A stretch of 10,170 nt of DNA from a virus. Lineage: Duplodnaviria > Heunggongvirae > Uroviricota > Caudoviricetes. Under the pieces are notes generated by a model that was given only the letters and a program-made list of their open reading frames with translations, searched no databases and was not told the origin of the DNA. Made by a program: the position numbers and the translations under genes. The stretch spans positions 1-10,170 of the IMG/VR virus record IMGVR_UViG_2609460354_000005; one strand, 5' to 3'. Positions 6,206 to 10,170 of the stretch are shown here, one piece after another. Each line of letters starts with the position of its first letter. Positions within the stretch are counted from its first letter, which is position 1.

Positions 6206-7171
6206 TTATCCTCTGAAACCAGGCGGAATTTCTGTATCCGGTTCAGAAATATGATTAACACAACGCTGTACAGGTGAACGTCCCAGGCGGATGACCAGTT
6301 CGTCCCATTTTTCGCGGAGCTTTGACGGGCTCATGATGTTTTTTACCCAGAATGGATCCCGCTGTACCCGACCAAACATTTCACAAATTTGTCTGTGGCT
6401 TCTGCCATCCAGCATCCGCATTGTGCGCACATCATTGGCCCAGACAGTCCAGTTAGGCTCTTTTGGTCGCATGATCTCGCCATCATCACTGGCGGCCTGT
6501 TCGTAGAGACCCACGATCCGCCCCCATATCCACTGCGCACACGCCAGATCCTCCTGGCTACCCCACTGGCGTTTTTTCGCACTAAACACAACTGCGCCAG
6601 GGTGCCGGATTAAAAAATCCTGTTCAGCCGTCTGCGGGTCCGGTTGCGAAGCTTCCGGACGAAAAGTGTTTTTATTCTCTGTAGTAATCTCTGTTGTATT
6701 CTCTGTAGGATCATCGGGCCATTTTGACCCGATGACATTGGGTCGTTTTGAACCAATGGAGCGTTTCATTTTGACCTCTTCCATCGTGTCATTTTGACCT
6801 GATGGAGCGGCGCATTTTGAACCGATGGATTCGCTCAATTTGCCATCATCTAAAAGCTCGCTCCCATAGTTAATCGTGTAGAAATTGGTCATATCGCGCT
6901 TTGATTTATTGAGCTTTTCACAACGCAAAAGCCCCAGCGTTTTCAGACTTGCAAACGCGCGCTTTAACGTTGACTCTGACCAGAATGGGAACTGTTCCAG
7001 CCATTGTTCCGTTGTGTTGTAAATCCAGCGAACACCATCACATTCCATGCCGGAATTGGTATCTCTCAACCAGTAATGCAACTGCTGCAACACAATGGCT
7101 TCATTTAAGCCAATCTTCATCGCAAGCTGTGTGTTTATAACCAGTGGGCGTTCAGCAAAAAGAAGGCTCAT
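6206..7171 (-). CDS. Phage replication initiation protein (lambda O-like replisome organiser) with internal origin repeats
   Basis: N-terminal helix-rich domain, a middle linker encoded by iterons, and a C-terminal domain. Start placed at the first ATG (7171); the track ORF begins at a TTG at 7225. Identity rests on the lambda-O-style architecture. Confidence 0.6.
   Translation of the reverse strand: MSLLFAERPLVINTQLAMKIGLNEAIVLQQLHYWLRDTNSGMECDGVRWIYNTTEQWLEQFPFWSESTLKRAFASLKTLGLLRCEKLNKSKRDMTNFYTINYGSELLDDGKLSESIGSKCAAPSGQNDTMEEVKMKRSIGSKRPNVIGSKWPDDPTENTTEITTENKNTFRPEASQPDPQTAEQDFLIRHPGAVVFSAKKRQWGSQEDLACAQWIWGRIVGLYEQAASDDGEIMRPKEPNWTVWANDVRTMRMLDGRSHRQICEMFGRVQRDPFWVKNIMSPSKLREKWDELVIRLGRSPVQRCVNHISEPDTEIPPGFRG
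6661..6828. repeat. Putative phage origin of replication: five approximately 23-bp-spaced iterons, three 12-bp repeats and an AT-rich tract
   Basis: Iterons of consensus ATTTTGA(A/C)C(C/T)GATGG at 6719-6736, 6744-6759, 6766-6780, 6789-6805 and 6812-6828. TCTCTGT(A/T)G repeats at 6674-6708 within an AT-rich stretch 6661-6710. All inside the initiator coding sequence, as with lambda ori in gene O. Confidence 0.65.
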
Positions 7172-7673
7172 AATTCCATCCAGCTTTTTGTTGGTATTGC
7201 TGTCGATACGCAAGTTTGAAAGCAATTGCTTTTTCTATAAGTTCGTCAGTTTCACGATCCACTACGGCAGGATCAGCAAAAAGCAGTCCGGACTCCACCA
7301 CATCGCCATATTCTTTGTTTAACCCGGCGATCATGTACGTGATGCTTTTTCCGTCACTAATTTCACGATACAACCTGAAATCATTAATCCGGATAGCCTC
7401 CATAATTGCAGGCACTAGCGCCGTGAACTTTTCACGCTTATCCCTAGTGTCGATAGCCTTCCAGCGTTCGAATATCTTCACTCGATTAACGCCAAGCGCT
7501 CGCTGATCAACCGCGCCACCTTCATCTGTGACACGCTGAACATCGATGTTCGGGCGCTCTTTCAAAGCCCAGAATGCTTCAGTGATTAATATCGTCGCCT
7601 GCTCCTGTGTCATTCCTGGTCGACATATCCAGGCATCCAGAGCCTCACGAGCCTGTTCAGGAGTGATTTTCAT
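7152..7673 (-). CDS. Hypothetical early protein (173 aa), possibly a YdaT-like / CII-analog regulator
   Basis: ATG ORF overlapping the cro-like stop and the initiator start. Sits between cro and the replication gene, where Rac carries ydaT. Family assignment is tentative. Confidence 0.4.
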   Translation of the reverse strand: MKITPEQAREALDAWICRPGMTQEQATILITEAFWALKERPNIDVQRVTDEGGAVDQRALGVNRVKIFERWKAIDTRDKREKFTALVPAIMEAIRINDFRLYREISDGKSITYMIAGLNKEYGDVVESGLLFADPAVVDRETDELIEKAIAFKLAYRQQYQQKAGWNYEPSFC

Positions 7674-7884
7674 TGTTCAACCGCCCCGCCCGCTTCGTCT
7701 TACGATATTCGTCATAAACTTTGGGATCATACTGAAGCTCCCCGCCAGATGCCTCCTGTAGACGCATCGCGCGACCTTCAGGAACTAGCTCTTGCCATTG
7801 AGAAACAGCAGATGGGTCAACGCCAGCAGCTTTCGCTACTTTGGCTTTCGTACCGTAAAAATTAATTACGTCTGATTTAAACAT
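7657..7884 (-). CDS. dicC: Cro-like repressor (DicC-type, 75 aa)
   Basis: Internal ATG at 7884 with GGAGGT Shine-Dalgarno (the track ORF starts at an upstream TTG). HTH-like segment VINFYGTKAKVAKAAGVDPSAVSQW. Divergent from the dicA-like gene. Confidence 0.6.
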   Translation of the reverse strand: MFKSDVINFYGTKAKVAKAAGVDPSAVSQWQELVPEGRAMRLQEASGGELQYDPKVYDEYRKTKRAGRLNNENHS

Positions 7885-7961
7885 CGCACCTCCAATATTG
7901 AGTTTTCTCAATGCTAATCACTCAAGGAATCTCAAGTCAAGGGTTATTAAGATATCTAAAT
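7885..7961. promoter_or_regulatory. Divergent promoter/operator region between the cro-like and dicA-like genes
   Basis: 77-bp intergenic region with perfect palindrome TTGAGttttCTCAA (7898-7911) and further CTCAAG half-site repeats at 7921-7926 and 7931-7936. Confidence 0.55.
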
Positions 7962-8369
7962 ATGAACGAGAAAACTTTAGGTCAACGCATTAGAGAAAGA
8001 CGTAAGCAGGTAGGCTTAAGTCAAAACGGTTTAAGCAAAGCTGCTGGCGTATCTGGCTCATCAATTTCATTATGGGAAAGTGACCATACAGCCCCGCGCG
8101 GGCAAAATTTGCATCGCCTCGCCGAGGTATTGCAATGTTCACCAACCTGGATACTGTTTGGCGACGAGGACAAAACACCAGCTCCCCCTGTTTCACTCGA
8201 TAGTGCCTTAGACTTATCGGAAGATGAGTTAGAGATGCTGCGTTTGTATCGCGCACTTCCTAAATCAGAGCAACAAGCACAACTCAGCGAACTCCGCGCC
8301 CGCGTTGAGAATTTTAATCGCCTGTTCACCGAGCTATTAGAGGCTCGCAAACGCAACAAGCATCAATAA
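7962..8369 (+). CDS. dicA: DicA-like HTH (XRE-family) repressor, 135 aa
   Basis: From the internal ATG at 7962 the product is 135 aa, the length of K-12 DicA. Segment LHRLAEVLQCSPTWILFGDEDK and C-terminal LSELRARVENFNRLFTELLEARKR match my recollection of DicA. Confidence 0.8.
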   Translation: MNEKTLGQRIRERRKQVGLSQNGLSKAAGVSGSSISLWESDHTAPRGQNLHRLAEVLQCSPTWILFGDEDKTPAPPVSLDSALDLSEDELEMLRLYRALPKSEQQAQLSELRARVENFNRLFTELLEARKRNKHQ

Positions 8370-8561
8370 TCATCCCTTCACAAAATTTTAAAGCCTTACA
8401 TTTCAATGTATTGGCTTTATCTTGCGCCAATACTTGAGTTTTCTCATCAAAAAACCTTGACGAAAAATAATGAGAAAACTAAATTACCTCCATCAAGACA
8501 CCGCACGGTGTTCTCAGCAAACAGTTCCGCTACCCCGGCGTTAAGGGGAAATGAGGTCAGC

Positions 8562-8717
8562 ATGGATACTATCGATCTTGGCAACAGCGAATCTCTGGTA
8601 TGTGGCGTGTTCCCCAACCAGGACGGTACGTTCACCGCAATGACGTATACCAAAAGCAAAACGTTTAAAACCGAATCTGGAGCGCGTCGCTGGCTGGAAA
8701 GAAACTCAGGTGAGTGA
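8562..8717 (+). CDS. ydfA: YdfA-like small protein (DUF1391, 51 aa)
   Basis: Internal ATG with GAGG Shine-Dalgarno; product MDTIDLGNSESLVCGVFPNQDGTFTAMTYTKSKTFKTESGARRWLERNSGE. Position after dicA as in Qin. Confidence 0.7.
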   Translation: MDTIDLGNSESLVCGVFPNQDGTFTAMTYTKSKTFKTESGARRWLERNSGE

Positions 8718-8718
8718 T

Positions 8719-9231
8719 ATGGATTTCGACACAATCATGGAAAAGGCTTACGAAGAATACTTCGAAGGCCTTGCCGAAGGCGAAGAAGCTCTCAGCTTCA
8801 GTGAGTTTAAACAGGCACTCAGAATAAGAATGTGCTCTCACAATGACGCGGAGCACAAATATGAGAAGCAAAATCAGACCGCAGAAAATTTTGTTCTGGA
8901 ACCCGGAGAAACGCTTTTCAAAATTCCCGTTACGTGCCCCATTTGCGGTTTTACATCAGAAGAACTTGACGACTCCTGTAATAATCAGGAAACAACCAAG
9001 TATGTCGAAGATGATACCGAGTGCGCACGAAGAACGATTATATCCACGAGTCCAAACTCCAGGACCAATAAATCTCACTTTGAGAGGGTGATTAATCCAC
9101 TCCCCCAAACCAATAAAAAAGATGCCGGAGGACAAAAAACCAATGGAACAACGGGATATCTGTCAAAAAAAGACGTTCCATTAAAGACAAACAACGCAGC
9201 GCCAACAACTGTAAGCGCTTTATACCAGTAA
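8719..9231 (+). CDS. Hypothetical protein (about 170 aa) at the ydfB/ydfC position
   Basis: ATG at 8719 preceded by AGGTGAG; acidic N-terminal half with a CPICGF motif, low-complexity Asn/Thr-rich C-terminus. Occupies the slot of the two short K-12 genes ydfB and ydfC. The 3' extent is uncertain. Confidence 0.5.
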   Translation: MDFDTIMEKAYEEYFEGLAEGEEALSFSEFKQALRIRMCSHNDAEHKYEKQNQTAENFVLEPGETLFKIPVTCPICGFTSEELDDSCNNQETTKYVEDDTECARRTIISTSPNSRTNKSHFERVINPLPQTNKKDAGGQKTNGTTGYLSKKDVPLKTNNAAPTTVSALYQ

Positions 9232-9552
9232 TCAATTTTCATGTTCTTAAGCGGATTTATTGGTGGTTGCGACATTGCTTAATGAATCCTTAAAACTGTG
9301 GTGATTTTAAGGATACCACCTCGCCTGACGTGGTTAAAAGCAGGCACACAACACGAAAGCGCACGGCGAAGTTCGTCTCACTGTACGGTGTCGTTAAATT
9401 TAATTCGACCGTGCGCTTCCGGTTGTGGCAACCCGCAAAATGGCGCGGCGGTAAGTATGGCGGGGGTATTCCTTCCCCCTTGAGGACACCGAGTTGTCAG
9501 GTTGACCATACGCTTAAGTGACAACCCCACTGCAACGCCCTCTGTTATCAAT

Positions 9553-9610
9553 TTTTTGGTGACGTTTGGCGGTATCAGTTTTACTCCGTGACTGCTCTGC
9601 CGCCGTTTTT
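9553..9610 (+). ncRNA. dicF: DicF small regulatory RNA (ftsZ-targeting)
   Basis: TTTTTGGTGACGTTTGGCGGTATCAGTTTTACTCCGTGACTGCTCTGCCGCCG followed by TTTTT; near-identical to my recollection of K-12 dicF, including the GGCGG/CCGCC terminator stem. Lies between the ydfC-like ORF and dicB. Confidence 0.85.
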
Positions 9611-9779
9611 AAAGTGAATTTTGTGATGCGGTGAATGCGGCTAAGCGCACGCGGAACAGTTAAAACCAAAAACAGTGTTATGGGTGGATTCTCTGTATCC
9701 GACGTTAATTGTTAACTGGTTAACGTCACCTGGAGGCACCAGGCACTGCATCACAAAATTCATTGTTGAGGACGCGATA

Positions 9780-9989
9780 ATGAAAACGTTATTACCAAAC
9801 GTTAATACGTCTGAAGGTTGTTTTGAAATTGGTGTCACTATCAGTAACCCTGTATTTACTGAAGATGCCATTAACAAGAGAAAACAAGAACGGGAGCTAT
9901 TAAATAAAATATGCATTGTTTCAATGCTGGCTCGTTTACGTCTGATGCCAAAAGGATGTGCACAATGGGTAATGACTCCAACTTATTGA
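9780..9989 (+). CDS. dicB: Cell-division inhibitor DicB with a 7-residue C-terminal extension read from the IS1 end
   Basis: ATG at 9780 with GAGGA Shine-Dalgarno. The first 62 aa ([26 protein letters not shown]...MPKGCAQ) match DicB; the frame then continues WVMTPTY into IS1 before a TGA. Confidence 0.8.
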   Translation: MKTLLPNVNTSEGCFEIGVTISNPVFTEDAINKRKQERELLNKICIVSMLARLRLMPKGCAQWVMTPTY

Positions 9990-10170
9990 TAGTGTTTTAT
10001 GTTCAGATAATGCCCGATGACTTTGTCATGCAGCTCCACCGATTTTGAGAACGACAGCGACTTCCGTCCCAGCCGTGCCAGGTGCTGCCTCAGATTCAGG
10101 TTATGCCGCTCAATTCGCTGCGTATATCGCTTGCTGATTACGTGCAGCTTTCCCTTCAGGCGGGATTCAT
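9968..10170 (-). mobile_element. IS1 insertion sequence (partial; canonical right end, continues beyond the window)
   Basis: From 9968 the plus strand reads GGTAATGACTCCAACTTATTGATAGTGTTTTATGTTCAGATAATGCCCGATGAC..., the reverse complement of the IS1 terminal inverted repeat and insB 3' region, continuous to the window edge. Confidence 0.9.
9983..10170 (-). CDS. insB: IS1 transposase InsB, C-terminal part (partial CDS)
   Basis: Minus-strand frame ending ...HYLNIKHYQ with a TAA stop at 9983-9985; the start lies outside the window. Confidence 0.8.
   Translation of the reverse strand, partial: ESRLKGKLHVISKRYTQRIERHNLNLRQHLARLGRKSLSFSKSVELHDKVIGHYLNIKHYQ

Noticed and set aside
5993-7506. Plus-strand ORFs antisense to the 133-aa, initiator and 173-aa genes (5993-6178, 6291-6506, 6389-6613, 6949-7140, 7095-7322, 7216-7506) and the alternative minus-frame ORF 6343-6591
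   Set aside because: All overlap better-supported minus-strand genes and lack start-site signals; 6343-6591 is an out-of-frame overlap of the initiator gene.
7990-8359. Minus-strand ORFs 7990-8256 and 8021-8359 antisense to dicA, and plus ORF 7546-7761
   Set aside because: Overlap the DicA-like and Cro/173-aa genes, whose identities are well supported.
8447-8871. Minus-strand ORFs 8447-8734 and 8665-8871
   Set aside because: Antisense to the ydfA-like gene and to the start of the ydfB/C-like ORF; no start signals.
8843-9091. 82-aa plus-strand ORF in an alternative frame (possible ydfC-frame equivalent)
   Set aside because: Translation is basic and Pro-rich and less protein-like than the overlapping 8719-9231 frame. 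Kept only as a caveat, since K-12 annotates two short genes here.
9298-9521. 61-aa and 63-aa plus-strand ORFs upstream of dicF
   Set aside because: Lie in the expected untranslated dicF precursor region; Arg/Ser-rich translations and no Shine-Dalgarno.
9641-9916. 91-aa minus-strand ORF antisense to dicB
   Set aside because: Overlaps the well-supported dicB frame and the dicF-dicB spacer.
1-10170. CRISPR array or other long tandem repeat
   Set aside because: No direct repeats of 25-40 bp with regular spacers were seen; the only regular repeats are the origin iterons and short palindromes.

Overview
This window reads as the early-regulatory to late-control segment of a Qin/DicABCF-type lambdoid prophage of an Escherichia/Shigella-like host. 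All calls rest on reading the sequence and the supplied ORF track against remembered protein families and gene order; no database search was run. Left to right: two phage-borne tRNA genes (Arg-UCU, Ile2/Met-CAU) and a tR'-like terminator lie downstream of a minus-strand antiterminator Q gene; upstream of Q are rusA, a DUF968 protein, a 92-aa unknown, rem, and a hok/mok type I toxin locus. An accessory cassette encoding a Nudix hydrolase and a HAD phosphatase follows, bracketed by two matching palindromes. Then come a 133-aa unknown, a lambda-O-like replication initiator with iterons and an AT-rich tract inside its coding sequence, a 173-aa early protein, and the divergent dicC-like cro / dicA-like repressor pair with operator palindromes. 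The plus-strand immunity operon continues with ydfA, a ydfB/ydfC-like ORF, the dicF sRNA and dicB. An IS1 copy begins exactly at the dicB stop codon and runs off the window. The most interesting candidate is the Nudix-HAD cassette, which sits where K-12 Qin carries relBE; its function is unknown.
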